Made by a program: the position numbers and the translations under genes | NCBI GenBank assembly: GCA_947581865.1 | Contig: CANPWA010000009.1 | Span: 24,706-88,705, forward strand | Direction: 5' to 3' | Length of the DNA: 64,000 nt | Source: an uncultured Acetatifactor sp. | GTDB lineage: Bacteria > Bacillota > Clostridia > Lachnospirales > Lachnospiraceae | Shown here: piece after piece, positions 9,034 to 18,894 of the stretch | How the letters are laid out: the number at the start of each line of letters is the position of its first letter | Numbering within the stretch: position 1 is the first letter of the stretch | The notes under the pieces: model-generated | Told to the model about the DNA's origin: nothing | Databases searched by the model: none | What the model saw: only the letters and a program-made list of their open reading frames with translations

Positions 9034-11851
9034 ACTTGCAAAGGAATTGGATAAGCAAAGTAAGGATATATTAAGTTTCCTGCAGGAAAAGGGAATCGAG
9101 GCGAAGGCGGCGCAAAGCTCCATCGAGGACGATGCGGCGGAGCTGGTCAGAAAAGCTTTCAGGAAAGAGGAACCGCCCCAGGAGGCTAAAAAGCAGGTTA
9201 AGGAGGCTCCCAAGGCGGAAGGCGCCGGGACGGAGGCTCCCAAAGCGGAGGCGCCGCAGGAAGGGGCAAAGCACGGCGCTCCCGGAAAGGGAGAGCCGCC
9301 GAAAAAGAAGAAGAGTAACATCATCTTTGTGAGCAATCCCCAGAACTCCAAAATGTCCGGCGGACGACAGGGCGGGGGAAATACGCATCCCGGCGCGGGC
9401 GGCAGAAATCAGGGTGGATTTGGCGGCAGCAGCCAAAGAGGGCAGGCTCCCGTCCGCCCCATCAAGCCGCTCACTCCGCCTTCCCCCACGCCTTCCGTGC
9501 AGATGGTGAATACCAGACCCCAGCCGCCGAAACGCGAGGAAGAGCCCAAGGTGCAACAGCCGGCAGCGCAGGCTGCGCCGCAGCATCCCCAGGGGGAGGG
9601 CACAGTAAGAGACAGGGGCGCAAACGACAGGGCTTCGGGCGAGAGACCTCAGGCAAACAGACCCCAGAGGGAGGGCCGCGGACAGGGCGTTTCCCGTTCC
9701 CAGGGAGGACAGTTTCAGAATCGCGGAGGTGCACAGAATGGCAGACCGGCAGGCAACACAGAGCGTTCAAACGGGTTTAACAGATCGGGCCGCCCGGGTG
9801 CTGAAGGTGGTCAGGGTGACCGCCGCGGCCCTGGAGGCGGTGCGGCTTTTGGCCGTGGTTTTAACGGTGGCAGCCGTGACGGCAGAGGAAATGCGGGGCA
9901 GGGTGCCCGCAGAGGGTTTGCGGAGGATGCGCCTGCAAAGGACATGGAGAAAAAGAGGGACGATGACAAGAGGCGCATCGGTCGTGAGAAGGAGAATAAG
10001 CGCTCCAAGAGAGAGCATATTTACGAAGAGGAAGAGACGCTGAAGAACAGACCCGGCAGATTTATCAAGCCGGAGAAGAAGGAAGTCGTGGAGGAAGTGA
10101 TCAAGGTCATCACGCTTCCGGAGACGATCACCATCAAGGATCTTGCCGACAAGATGAAGATCCAGCCCGCCGCGATCGTGAAAAAACTGTTCCTGGAGGG
10201 CAAGGTGGTCACCGTCAACCAGGAGATTTCCTACGAAGATGCGGAGAATATCGCCATGGAATACGAGATCCTCTGCGAGAAGGAAGTCAAGGTGGATGTG
10301 ATCGAGGAGCTTCTCCGCGAGGAGGAAGAAGCTGTGGAGACCATGGTGGAGAGACCTCCTGTCATCTGTGTCATGGGTCATGTAGACCACGGTAAGACTT
10401 CGCTTTTGGATGCCATCCGCAAGACCAATGTGACAGACAGGGAGGCAGGCGGCATTACGCAGCATATCGGCGCCTATACCGTATCCCTGGGCGAGAAAAA
10501 GATCACGTTCCTGGATACGCCCGGACATGAAGCCTTCACCGCCATGCGTATGCGCGGCGCCAACTCCACGGATATTGCCATCCTTGTGGTGGCCGCGGAC
10601 GACGGCGTGATGCCCCAGACCATTGAGGCGATCAATCATGCCAAGGCGGCAGGTATTGAGATCATTGTTGCAGTCAACAAAATTGATAAGCCCTCGGCAA
10701 ATGTGGAGCGCGTGAAGCAGGAGCTGACGGAGTATGAGCTGATCTCCACAGACTGGGGCGGAACGACGGAATTTGTGCCCGTGTCCGCCAAGTCGGGAGA
10801 GGGTATCGAAACACTTCTGGAGACGATCCTGCTCACGGCAGAGATCCTGGAGCTGAAGGCGAATCCCAACAGACGGGCGAGGGGGCTGGTCATCGAGGCG
10901 GAGCTGGATAAGGGCCGTGGCCCGGTGGCTACGGTGCTGGTACAGAAGGGTACGCTTCGTGTGGGAGATTTTATCTCTGCCGGCGCCAGCCACGGTAAAG
11001 TGAGGGCTATGATCGACGATAAGGGAAGAAGGGTGAAGGAGGCAGGTCCTTCTACGCCCGTGGAGATTCTGGGGCTGTCGGATGTGCCCAGCGCGGGCGA
11101 GGTGTTCCTTGCCCATGAGAACGACAAGACTGCCAAGTCCTTTGCAGAAACTTATCTGGCACAGAATAAGGAAAAGATGTTGGAGGATACTAAGACGGGC
11201 ATGTCTTTGGACGATCTGTTCTCCCAGATCCAGGAGGGCAGTCTCAAGGAACTCAACCTGATCGTCAAGGCGGATGTCCAGGGAAGTGTGGAGGCGGTGA
11301 AGCAGTCCCTCCTGAAGCTTTCCAACGAGGAAATTGTGGTCAAATGTATCCACGGCGGCGTGGGCGCCATCAACGAGTCGGATGTAGTGCTTGCCAGCGC
11401 TTCCAATGCGATCATCATCGGGTTTAATGTCAGACCCGATGCGACGGCGAAGGAGACCGCGGAGCGGGAAGGCGTCGATGTGAGACTTTATAAGGTGATC
11501 TATCAGGCGATCGAAGACATTGAGGCGGCCATGAAGGGCATGCTGGATCCCATATACGAGGAGAAGATCATCGGTCATGCGGAAGTGCGTCAGCTGTTCA
11601 AGGCATCCCAGATCGGAAACATCGCCGGAGCCTATGTGCTCGACGGCGTGTTCCAGAGAGACTGCAAGGTTCGTATCACCCGGGAAGGCGAGCTGATCTT
11701 CGAGGGTGCGCTGGCATCCCTGAAGCGTTTTAAGGACGATGTCAAGGAAGTGAAGGCGGGCTTTGAGTGCGGGCTGGTGTTCGAGGGCTTTGACAAGATG
11801 CAGGAGCTGGACATCGTCGAGGCATATATCATGGTTGAGGTGCCCCGCTAG
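9011..11851 (+). CDS. infB: translation initiation factor IF-2
   Basis: Starts [13 protein letters not shown], followed by a long Pro/Gly/Arg/Gln-rich linker. GTPase motifs [20 protein letters not shown] and NKID, then the C-terminal IF2 domains. GGAGG lies 5 nt upstream of ATG 9011. Confidence 0.95.
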   Translation: MAKIKVHELAKELDKQSKDILSFLQEKGIEAKAAQSSIEDDAAELVRKAFRKEEPPQEAKKQVKEAPKAEGAGTEAPKAEAPQEGAKHGAPGKGEPPKKKKSNIIFVSNPQNSKMSGGRQGGGNTHPGAGGRNQGGFGGSSQRGQAPVRPIKPLTPPSPTPSVQMVNTRPQPPKREEEPKVQQPAAQAAPQHPQGEGTVRDRGANDRASGERPQANRPQREGRGQGVSRSQGGQFQNRGGAQNGRPAGNTERSNGFNRSGRPGAEGGQGDRRGPGGGAAFGRGFNGGSRDGRGNAGQGARRGFAEDAPAKDMEKKRDDDKRRIGREKENKRSKREHIYEEEETLKNRPGRFIKPEKKEVVEEVIKVITLPETITIKDLADKMKIQPAAIVKKLFLEGKVVTVNQEISYEDAENIAMEYEILCEKEVKVDVIEELLREEEEAVETMVERPPVICVMGHVDHGKTSLLDAIRKTNVTDREAGGITQHIGAYTVSLGEKKITFLDTPGHEAFTAMRMRGANSTDIAILVVAADDGVMPQTIEAINHAKAAGIEIIVAVNKIDKPSANVERVKQELTEYELISTDWGGTTEFVPVSAKSGEGIETLLETILLTAEILELKANPNRRARGLVIEAELDKGRGPVATVLVQKGTLRVGDFISAGASHGKVRAMIDDKGRRVKEAGPSTPVEILGLSDVPSAGEVFLAHENDKTAKSFAETYLAQNKEKMLEDTKTGMSLDDLFSQIQEGSLKELNLIVKADVQGSVEAVKQSLLKLSNEEIVVKCIHGGVGAINESDVVLASASNAIIIGFNVRPDATAKETAEREGVDVRLYKVIYQAIEDIEAAMKGMLDPIYEEKIIGHAEVRQLFKASQIGNIAGAYVLDGVFQRDCKVRITREGELIFEGALASLKRFKDDVKEVKAGFECGLVFEGFDKMQELDIVEAYIMVEVPR

Positions 11852-11897
11852 GAAATTTGGACCGCGAGAGAAGATTAAGGGAAAAGGGACGGTGTCA

Positions 11898-12254
11898 ATG
11901 AGGAAGAACAGCGTAAAAAATACCCGTGTGAACGGGGAAGTGCAGCGTGAACTCGCTGAGATCATACAAAGCGGGATCAAGGATCCCCGCATCCATCCCC
12001 TGACCAGTGTGGTTGCGGTGGAGGTTGCTCCCGATCTGAAGAGCTGTAAGGCGTGGATCAGCGTCTTAGGCGGCGAGGAAGAGCGGGAGGCGACTCTGCA
12101 GGGGCTTAGGAGTGCCGAAGGATTTATCAGAAGGCAGCTTGCGCAGAGGATCAATCTGCGCAACACTCCGGAGCTCACTTTTGTGATGGATCAGTCCATC
12201 GAGTACGGGGTCAATATGTCCCGCAGAATTGACGAAATTGTGGGAAAAGAGTGA
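11898..12254 (+). CDS. rbfA: ribosome-binding factor A
   Basis: Internal ATG 11898 of ORF 11763..12254. RVNGEVQRELAEII and LRNTPELTF blocks are typical of RbfA. Conserved position after infB. Confidence 0.9.
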   Translation: MRKNSVKNTRVNGEVQRELAEIIQSGIKDPRIHPLTSVVAVEVAPDLKSCKAWISVLGGEEEREATLQGLRSAEGFIRRQLAQRINLRNTPELTFVMDQSIEYGVNMSRRIDEIVGKE

Positions 12255-12261
12255 GGAGTTT

Positions 12262-13266
12262 ATGAATTTATTACAGGAAGTGAGCGGCGCAAAGCGCATC
12301 GGCATCAGCGGTCATGAGAGACCGGATGGGGACTGCGTGGGCGCCTGTCTGTCCCTGTGGCAGTTTTTAAAGAAGAATTTCCCTGAAGCCGAGGTGAAAG
12401 TTTTTTTGCAGCAGCCGGCAGAGATTTTCAGGGAGCTTGCAGGGTATGACGAGATTGTGAGTGATTTCCCCCGGGAAGCGCCTTTCGATGTCTTTTTTGC
12501 GCTGGACTGCAATGAGGAACGTCTGGGAGAGGCAGGGCGGTATTTCCGGGAGGCGGTAAAGAAGATCAATATCGATCATCATGTGAGCAATCCCGGGTGC
12601 GGGGATGTGAATCTGATCTGCCCAAAGATCGGATCCACCTGTGAAGTACTCTATGATCTGTTTGGCGAGGAGCAGCTGGACCAACGTCTGGCAGAGACGC
12701 TCTATACGGGCATCATCCATGACACGGGCGTATTCCAGTATTCCAACACCACTCCGGAGACCATGCGGAAGGGAGCGAAGCTGATCAGCTACGGATTTGA
12801 TTTTCCCAGGCTGGTCCAGGAGACGTTCTACCAGAGGACATATATACAGTCCCAGATTTTGGGGCGGGCGCTGATGGAGAGTATCCGTTTTTTGGACGGA
12901 AGCTGTATCGTCAGCGCAGTGAGCAGAAAAACCATGGAATTCTACAATGTTACTCCTAAGGATCTGGACGGTATTGTGAACCATCTTCGTAATATCAAAG
13001 GGATCCATTGTGCGGTTTTCATGTATGAGACGGACATACAGGAGTACAAGGTCAGCCTGCGCTCCGACGAGCTGGTGGACGTATCCAAAGTGGCTGTGTT
13101 CTTCGGCGGCGGAGGGCATGTGCGCGCGGCAGGGTGTACTATGAAAGGGACTTTTTACGATTGTATCAACAATCTGTCTTTACATATTGAGAGGCAGCTT
13201 GCGGGGCAGACCCAGGCTGAGACAGAGGAGAGCGGGAGCGCATTGTCCGGTCAGCCGGACAGGTGA
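12262..13266 (+). CDS. nrnA: DHH/DHHA1 phosphoesterase (NrnA-type nanoRNase/pAp phosphatase)
   Basis: Motifs GHERPDGDCVGA, DHH (NIDHHVSN), HDTGVF and GGGGHVRAAG. GAGGAG lies before ATG 12262. Confidence 0.85.
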   Translation: MNLLQEVSGAKRIGISGHERPDGDCVGACLSLWQFLKKNFPEAEVKVFLQQPAEIFRELAGYDEIVSDFPREAPFDVFFALDCNEERLGEAGRYFREAVKKINIDHHVSNPGCGDVNLICPKIGSTCEVLYDLFGEEQLDQRLAETLYTGIIHDTGVFQYSNTTPETMRKGAKLISYGFDFPRLVQETFYQRTYIQSQILGRALMESIRFLDGSCIVSAVSRKTMEFYNVTPKDLDGIVNHLRNIKGIHCAVFMYETDIQEYKVSLRSDELVDVSKVAVFFGGGGHVRAAGCTMKGTFYDCINNLSLHIERQLAGQTQAETEESGSALSGQPDR

Positions 13267-13284
13267 GACGCCGCGGGGGGCATT

Positions 13285-14187
13285 ATGTACAATGGAATCA
13301 TCATTATCCATAAGGAGGCGGGATATACTTCCCACGATGTAGTGGCGAAAATGCGCGGTATCCTTCATCAAAAGAAGATAGGGCACACCGGTACTCTGGA
13401 CCCCCAGGCAACCGGTGTGCTTCCGGTTTGTCTGGGCAGTGCCACGAAACTTTGCGGTCTTTTGACAGACCGGGACAAGGAGTATGTGGCCCGGATGCTG
13501 CTGGGTGTTGTCACGGACACTCAGGATACTACGGGAAACATACTAAAGAAGAAAGCGGTGGAGGTTTCCGGGGAACAGGTGGGGGAAGCGGTTCTTGGTT
13601 TTGTGGGCGGCTATGACCAGATCCCTCCCATGTATTCCGCGGTCAAGGTGGACGGTAAAAAACTCTATGAGCTGGCGCGGGCAGGGAAAGAGGTGGAGCG
13701 CAGGGCGCGTTTTGTGACGATCCGGGAGATTGAGATACTCGATATAAACCTGCCTGTGGTGGAAATGAGAGTGTCCTGTTCCAAGGGCACTTATATCCGC
13801 ACTCTGTGTCATGATATCGGTCAGAGACTGGGATGCGGCGCCGCCATGGACAGCCTGGTACGGACGAGAGTGTCGGAGTTTGCCCTGGAAAATGCGGTCA
13901 CGCTTGCCGGGCTGGAAAAGCTTCGGGACGAGGGGCGGCTGAAGGAAGTTCTGATTCCGGTGGACGCTCCTTTTGAGAGCTGCCCTGCCCTGTCTGTGCG
14001 GGAGGAATGCAGGAAGCTTTTGGAGAACGGAAACGCATTGCTTCCCGGACAGACCCTGGAGGGAGAACTCTATGCGCCCGGCGAGTGGGTGAGACTCTAT
14101 TTTCCCGAGGGAAGGTTTGCGGGAGTTTATGCCTTCGATCCTGCGCTGGGCAGATATAAGCCGGTAAAAATGTTCCCGGAACAATAA
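13285..14187 (+). CDS. truB: tRNA pseudouridine-55 synthase
   Basis: GHTGTLDPQATGVLPV catalytic Asp motif, IPPMYSAVKVDGKKLYELAR, and a C-terminal PUA-like region. Confidence 0.95.
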   Translation: MYNGIIIIHKEAGYTSHDVVAKMRGILHQKKIGHTGTLDPQATGVLPVCLGSATKLCGLLTDRDKEYVARMLLGVVTDTQDTTGNILKKKAVEVSGEQVGEAVLGFVGGYDQIPPMYSAVKVDGKKLYELARAGKEVERRARFVTIREIEILDINLPVVEMRVSCSKGTYIRTLCHDIGQRLGCGAAMDSLVRTRVSEFALENAVTLAGLEKLRDEGRLKEVLIPVDAPFESCPALSVREECRKLLENGNALLPGQTLEGELYAPGEWVRLYFPEGRFAGVYAFDPALGRYKPVKMFPEQ

Positions 14188-14224
14188 AAACCGCGCGGCA
14201 CGAAGGATGGTATGGAGGTGTTCG

Positions 14225-15163
14225 ATGGAAATCATAAGAAATACCACAGATTTTCAACTGAGCAGTGACACGGCAGTGGCGCTGGGCAAATTTGACGGGG
14301 TCCATGTAGGGCACAGGAGGCTTTTGGAGAAGATCCTGGAACAGCGCGGCAGAGGGCGCAAGGCATGTGTGGTCACCTTTGACCCTGCCCCGGCGGTGCT
14401 GTTTGGGTATTCTGACGAAAAGGAATTGTCCACGGCGGAGGAGAAGAGAAGACTTTTTGCGGAGATGGGGGTGGACATCCTGATCGAATTTCCCATGAAC
14501 CGCGACACGGCGGCAATCCCTCCCCGGACCTTTCTCAGGGAATATCTATGCGACAGGATCAATGCCAGGTTCATCGCCGCGGGGGAGGATGTCTCCTTCG
14601 GCTGCAAGGGAATGGGGGACGCGGCGCTCCTTCGGGAAAAGAGCGGGGAGCTGGAATATGAGCTCTGTATCATAGAAAAGGTCTGTGTGGACGGGGAAGA
14701 GGTGAGCTCCACGCGCATCAGGCGCTGTGTGGAAAACGGGGAGATGGAGCTTGCGGCAAGACTGCTCGGGGATCCCTACACGGTGTACGGCGAGGTGGCA
14801 AGAGGCAGCCGGATCGGCAGGAGCATCGGATTTCCCACAGTCAATCTTGTGCCCGGGGAGGGAAAGCTGCTTCCCCCGAAGGGAGTGTATTTTTCCCGGG
14901 TGCTCTGGAACGGGCAGGCTTTTGCGGCGGTCAGCAATGTGGGATGTAAGCCCACGGTCACCCGGGAGAATATCCTGGGGGTGGAAAGTTACCTCTATCA
15001 TTTCGACCGGGAGATCTACGGGCAGCAGATCTGTGTGGAGCTGCTTTCCTTTCGGAGGGCAGAGCGGAAATTTGAGGGGCTGGATGAATTGAGGGCGCAG
15101 CTCGAGGAAGATATTCAGGCGGGCCGGGATTATCATTGTCAGTTCTGTGCAAAAGAAATGTAA
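14225..15163 (+). CDS. ribF: bifunctional riboflavin kinase / FMN adenylyltransferase
   Basis: GKFDGVHVGH nucleotidyltransferase motif and C-terminal riboflavin kinase blocks (GFPTVN, YGQ...VELLSFRRAERKF). GGAGG lies 6 nt before ATG 14225. Confidence 0.9.
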   Translation: MEIIRNTTDFQLSSDTAVALGKFDGVHVGHRRLLEKILEQRGRGRKACVVTFDPAPAVLFGYSDEKELSTAEEKRRLFAEMGVDILIEFPMNRDTAAIPPRTFLREYLCDRINARFIAAGEDVSFGCKGMGDAALLREKSGELEYELCIIEKVCVDGEEVSSTRIRRCVENGEMELAARLLGDPYTVYGEVARGSRIGRSIGFPTVNLVPGEGKLLPPKGVYFSRVLWNGQAFAAVSNVGCKPTVTRENILGVESYLYHFDREIYGQQICVELLSFRRAERKFEGLDELRAQLEEDIQAGRDYHCQFCAKEM

Positions 15164-15291
15164 AAATGGAGCAGCAGAATCGTAAAAAATGCTATTGTAT
15201 GTTGTCTTTTTTTCCAATACAATATAATTGGTGTTTTTTTGAAGTATAATCGGTAAGCGGATCTTCCGTCAAAAAGCAAAGGAAAGCAGAG

Positions 15292-16953
15292 ATGAATGTT
15301 GAAGAACTCACGAGTATGATCTTGTCGCTGGCCGGCGGGCTGGGATTGTTCCTGTTCGGTATGAGCCTGATGAGCGAGTCCATCGAAAAAGTGGCAGGCG
15401 CAAAGCTGCGCCATATTTTGGAAATCTTTACCACCAACCGGTTTATGGGAATGATAGTGGGAGTGGTGTTTACCGGTATCATTCAATCCTCATCTGCGTG
15501 TACCGCCATGGTGGTCAGCTTCGTCAATGCGGGTCTTATGAATCTCTATCAGGCTGCGGGCGTGATCTTCGGCGCCAACATCGGTACCACCATCACTTCC
15601 CAGCTGGTGTCCTTTAATCTCTCGGAAATAGCCCCTGTAATTCTGCTGGCAGGCGTTCTGGTCGCCATGTTCTGCGGAAAACAGAATATAAAACAGGCGG
15701 CGGAAATTGTGGTCGGTTTCGGTATTTTGTTTCTGGGACTGAAAACGATGTCGGGCGCGATGGCAGGCATGCACGACATGCCGCAGGTGGTAGGGCTTTT
15801 GAGTTCCCTGACCAATCCTTTTTTAGCGACGCTCACAGGTATTCTCCTGACATCCGTTATCCAGAGTTCCTCTGTCACGGTGAGCATCGTGCTGCTGATG
15901 GCAAATCAGGATCTTTTGACTCTGCCGATCTGTCTTTATATTATTTTGGGATGTAATATCGGAGCCTGCACCACGGCGCTGCTGGCCTCCCTCTCCGGCA
16001 AAAAAGATGCGAAGCGCGCCGCTTTGATCCATTTCTGGTTTAATGTGATCGGGACGGTGCTGATCTATATTGTGCTCATGGTGGCGATGGATCCCGTGGT
16101 CGGGCTGATACAGGCGATCTCTTCCGACAACGGAAGATTTGTGGCAAATGCGCACACGCTGATCAAGATCGTCCAGGTCATCGTGCTGTTCCCGTTCTCG
16201 GGGCTTTTAGTGAAACTTGCCACGATCTGTGTGCCCGGGGAAGATAAAAATATCAACTACCGTGAGAGCTATCAGCTCAAATATATCGGGGAAAAAGTGG
16301 TGTTCAACCCTGCTACCGCTGTGGTTGGCGTTATCCGGGAGCTGGAGCGCATGGCTGACCTTGCCAGCGAGAATCTCAACCGTGCCATGAACGCGTTGAT
16401 CACGCTGGACGAGGAAGATATAGACGAAGTCTATGAAGTGGAGAAGAATATCAATTTCCTCAATCATGCCATCACGGACTATCTTGTGAAGATCAATCAG
16501 TCCACACTGCCCATCGAAGACTTAAAGAGTCTGGGCGCGCTGTTCCATGTGGTGAATGATATAGAGCGCATCGGAGACCATGCGGAAAATGTGGCAGATG
16601 CCGCAAGGCAGCGGAGGGAGACCGGAGTCAGCATCAGTAAGGACGCCCAGCGCGAGCTGGGAGAGATGCTGGATATGGTGAATGATATCATTCGGTATGC
16701 GATCGCCATATTTGCCCACAGCGATGAGAGCAAGATGCAGCTGGTGCTGGATCTGGAGGACAGGGTGGACAATAAGGAGCGAGAGCTGCAGGCAAGACAT
16801 GTGGAGCGTCTGACCAAGGGGGAATGTACTCCCGAGGCGGGAATGATTTTCTCCGACATTGTGTCCGGGCTGGAGAGAGTGTCCGACCACGCTACCAATA
16901 TCGCCTTCGCCATATCGGCTACGGAGAAGGAAGAGGAACCGGCAGGCGCGTGA
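15292..16953 (+). CDS. Na+/phosphate cotransporter family protein with C-terminal PhoU-like domains
   Basis: Polytopic N-terminal half with duplicated QSSSA/QSSSV motifs typical of Na/Pi-cotransporter II-like proteins. The C-terminal half has two PhoU-like ERIGDHAEN / ERVSDHATN repeats. Confidence 0.85.
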   Translation: MNVEELTSMILSLAGGLGLFLFGMSLMSESIEKVAGAKLRHILEIFTTNRFMGMIVGVVFTGIIQSSSACTAMVVSFVNAGLMNLYQAAGVIFGANIGTTITSQLVSFNLSEIAPVILLAGVLVAMFCGKQNIKQAAEIVVGFGILFLGLKTMSGAMAGMHDMPQVVGLLSSLTNPFLATLTGILLTSVIQSSSVTVSIVLLMANQDLLTLPICLYIILGCNIGACTTALLASLSGKKDAKRAALIHFWFNVIGTVLIYIVLMVAMDPVVGLIQAISSDNGRFVANAHTLIKIVQVIVLFPFSGLLVKLATICVPGEDKNINYRESYQLKYIGEKVVFNPATAVVGVIRELERMADLASENLNRAMNALITLDEEDIDEVYEVEKNINFLNHAITDYLVKINQSTLPIEDLKSLGALFHVVNDIERIGDHAENVADAARQRRETGVSISKDAQRELGEMLDMVNDIIRYAIAIFAHSDESKMQLVLDLEDRVDNKERELQARHVERLTKGECTPEAGMIFSDIVSGLERVSDHATNIAFAISATEKEEEPAGA

Positions 16954-17075
16954 CGTCCCGGGCAGTCGGCTGTAAAATGTTAAATGTTGAGAGGGGTATT
17001 TTCCGAGATTCTTATGAAATCTTAAGAAATTACCTCTTTTTTTCGCCTGTTTTTTAAGAAATATGGAGGAAATAG

Positions 17076-17104
17076 TTGACAGTATAGGATCCGCTCTGTA
17101 TAAT
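17076..17104 (+). promoter_or_regulatory. sigma-A-type promoter upstream of NlpC/P60 gene
   Basis: Consensus TTGACA (17076-17081), a 17-nt spacer, then consensus TATAAT (17099-17104). Confidence 0.55.
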
Positions 17105-17181
17105 AAACTAAAAATGTAATAAATTTGTAACAAAGTTGTAAATAATATTGGAGATACTAATACGGTCAATAGAGTATTTTA

Positions 17182-18261
17182 ATGGAGAGAAACAAAATGT
17201 TTGGAAATGATCATAACAGAAAAGGAAAGAGAGGGTTCCGGACCGCAGCCGCGGGGCTGATGCTGTGCATGCTGCTGGAGCCCGTGTCCGCACCCGTGCA
17301 GGTTCTGGCGGCGGAGAACGGAAACGCGCTTATGGCGGCGGGGGTAGGTTCAGTGTTCGAGTCGAACCTGACGGCGGAGGAATATTTACTCATTGCCAGG
17401 CAGGCGAAAGGCGCTGCATGGGGATACACCAATATCGGCATTGCCAATGTGGAGAGCGGGAATCTGAATGTGCGCGCCGTTCCTTCCATGGATGGCAGAC
17501 TGGTTGGCAAGATGCCCAAAGATTCTGCCTGTGAGATCCTGGACATTGCGGACGGCTGGGCACATATCCAGTCCGGAGAGGTGGACGGGTATGTCAGTGT
17601 GGAGTATCTTCTCACCGGGCCGGATGCCAAGAAAAGAGCCGAGGAGCTGGTGCGCACCGTGGTGATCGCCAACACCGACGGGCTGAATGTGCGGGACCAG
17701 GCGAACACGGAAAGCGCGGTGATGACGCAGGTCTTAAAGGGTGAGGAGCTTGATTTTGTGGAAGATCTGGGTGACTGGATCGAGGTTTCTCTGGACGGCG
17801 AGGAGAAATATGTGGCGGCAGAGTATGTGACGGTGGAGGAGAAGCTGGATACCGCCATCACCATGACGGAACTGCTCTATGGTCAGGGCGTGTCCGATGT
17901 GCGGGTGGATCTGGTAGAATATGCGAAACAGTTTCTCGGGAATCCTTATGTGTGGGGCGGGACCAGCCTGACCAAGGGCGCCGACTGTTCCGGATTCGTG
18001 CTCAGCGTGTTCAAAAAGTACGGTGTCCGGCTGAGCCATTCTTCCAGGGCGCAGGCAAATGAAGGAACAAAGATCAGCGCTTCCGATCTGCTGCCCGGAG
18101 ATCTGGTGTTCTACTCCAACAGCAGCGGCACGATCAATCATGTGGCGATCTATATCGGCGGCGGGCAGGTGATCCATGCCAGCAACCCCAAGTCGGGGAT
18201 CAAGATCAGCAAGTACAATTACCGGACGGTGAAAAAATGTGTAAGGGTGCTGTACGACTGA
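17182..18261 (+). CDS. secreted cell-wall hydrolase, SH3 domains + NlpC/P60 (C40) peptidase
   Basis: Signal-peptide-like N-terminus, two SH3b-like repeats (LNVRAVPS...GWAHIQ and LNVRDQAN...DWIEV), and a C-terminal GNPYVWGGTS...GADCSGFV catalytic Cys block with HVAIY. Confidence 0.85.
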   Translation: MERNKMFGNDHNRKGKRGFRTAAAGLMLCMLLEPVSAPVQVLAAENGNALMAAGVGSVFESNLTAEEYLLIARQAKGAAWGYTNIGIANVESGNLNVRAVPSMDGRLVGKMPKDSACEILDIADGWAHIQSGEVDGYVSVEYLLTGPDAKKRAEELVRTVVIANTDGLNVRDQANTESAVMTQVLKGEELDFVEDLGDWIEVSLDGEEKYVAAEYVTVEEKLDTAITMTELLYGQGVSDVRVDLVEYAKQFLGNPYVWGGTSLTKGADCSGFVLSVFKKYGVRLSHSSRAQANEGTKISASDLLPGDLVFYSNSSGTINHVAIYIGGGQVIHASNPKSGIKISKYNYRTVKKCVRVLYD

Positions 18262-18288
18262 CGGACCGGCAGAAGTGAAAAATAGATA

Positions 18289-18317
18289 TTTACAAGTGAC
18301 TGTCTATATGTTATACT
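18289..18317 (+). promoter_or_regulatory. sigma-A-type promoter upstream of rpsO
   Basis: TTTACA (18289-18294), a 17-nt spacer, then TATACT (18312-18317). Leaves a ~90-nt leader before rpsO. Confidence 0.5.
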
Positions 18318-18407
18318 TGGACAGTATGGTTCAGCCAATACTCAGCCGAAGGACACTCCGACCCCGGCTCGGTATTCGGCGGTTAAAAGGTTAAGGAGGA
18401 AGAAACA

Positions 18408-18674
18408 ATGATTTCTAAGGAAAAGAAAACGGCGATCATGAATGAGTATGCCAGAACGCCCGGCGACACCGGTTCCCCTGAGGTTCAGGTAGCTGTGCTG
18501 ACTGCAAGGATCCAGGAGCTCACAGACCATCTCAAGGATAACCCCAAGGATCATCATTCCCGCAGAGGTATGTTGAAGATGGTAGGTCAGAGACGCGGGC
18601 TGCTCGACTATCTGAAGAAGAAAGACATCAACAGATATCGTGCTCTCATTGAGAAGCTTGGCTTAAGAAAATAA
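18408..18674 (+). CDS. rpsO: 30S ribosomal protein S15
   Basis: 88 aa. [34 protein letters not shown] and a strong AGGAGG RBS. Confidence 0.95.
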   Translation: MISKEKKTAIMNEYARTPGDTGSPEVQVAVLTARIQELTDHLKDNPKDHHSRRGMLKMVGQRRGLLDYLKKKDINRYRALIEKLGLRK

Positions 18675-18685
18675 TGAAGGAGCGA

Positions 18686-18724
18686 AAGCGGAGGTGGTCC
18701 GACAGGGCACTCCGCTTCCTTTTG
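18686..18724 (+). terminator. intrinsic terminator after rpsO
   Basis: 8-bp stem AAGCGGAG / CTCCGCTT (18686-18693 with 18710-18717), followed by CCTTTTGTG. Confidence 0.6.
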
Positions 18725-18894
18725 TGTTAGTAAAGCGGATTCTCATGGTAATTCCGGGACAGAGACATTCGCCGAGATTGCTGAAAAGAGCATAAAGCTG
18801 TTTATGTTTTTTTCAGTAGTTTCGGTATTCTCTGTTCCGTTGAAATACAAAAATGATACGAAAATTGCCGCAGGGCGGCAGAATGGAGGATACT

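Noticed and set aside
9170-9990. Long Pro/Gly/Arg/Gln/Ala-rich low-complexity stretch that could be mistaken for an inserted repeat element
   Set aside because: It is in frame within infB, between the conserved N-terminal helix and the G domain. Such a variable linker is typical for IF-2.
9767-12178. 803-aa minus-strand ORF antisense to infB
   Set aside because: It lies completely inside the clearly real infB gene. Its translation is low-complexity (Leu/Arg/His/Asp-rich) with no recognisable motif. Long antisense frames are expected in GC-rich coding DNA.
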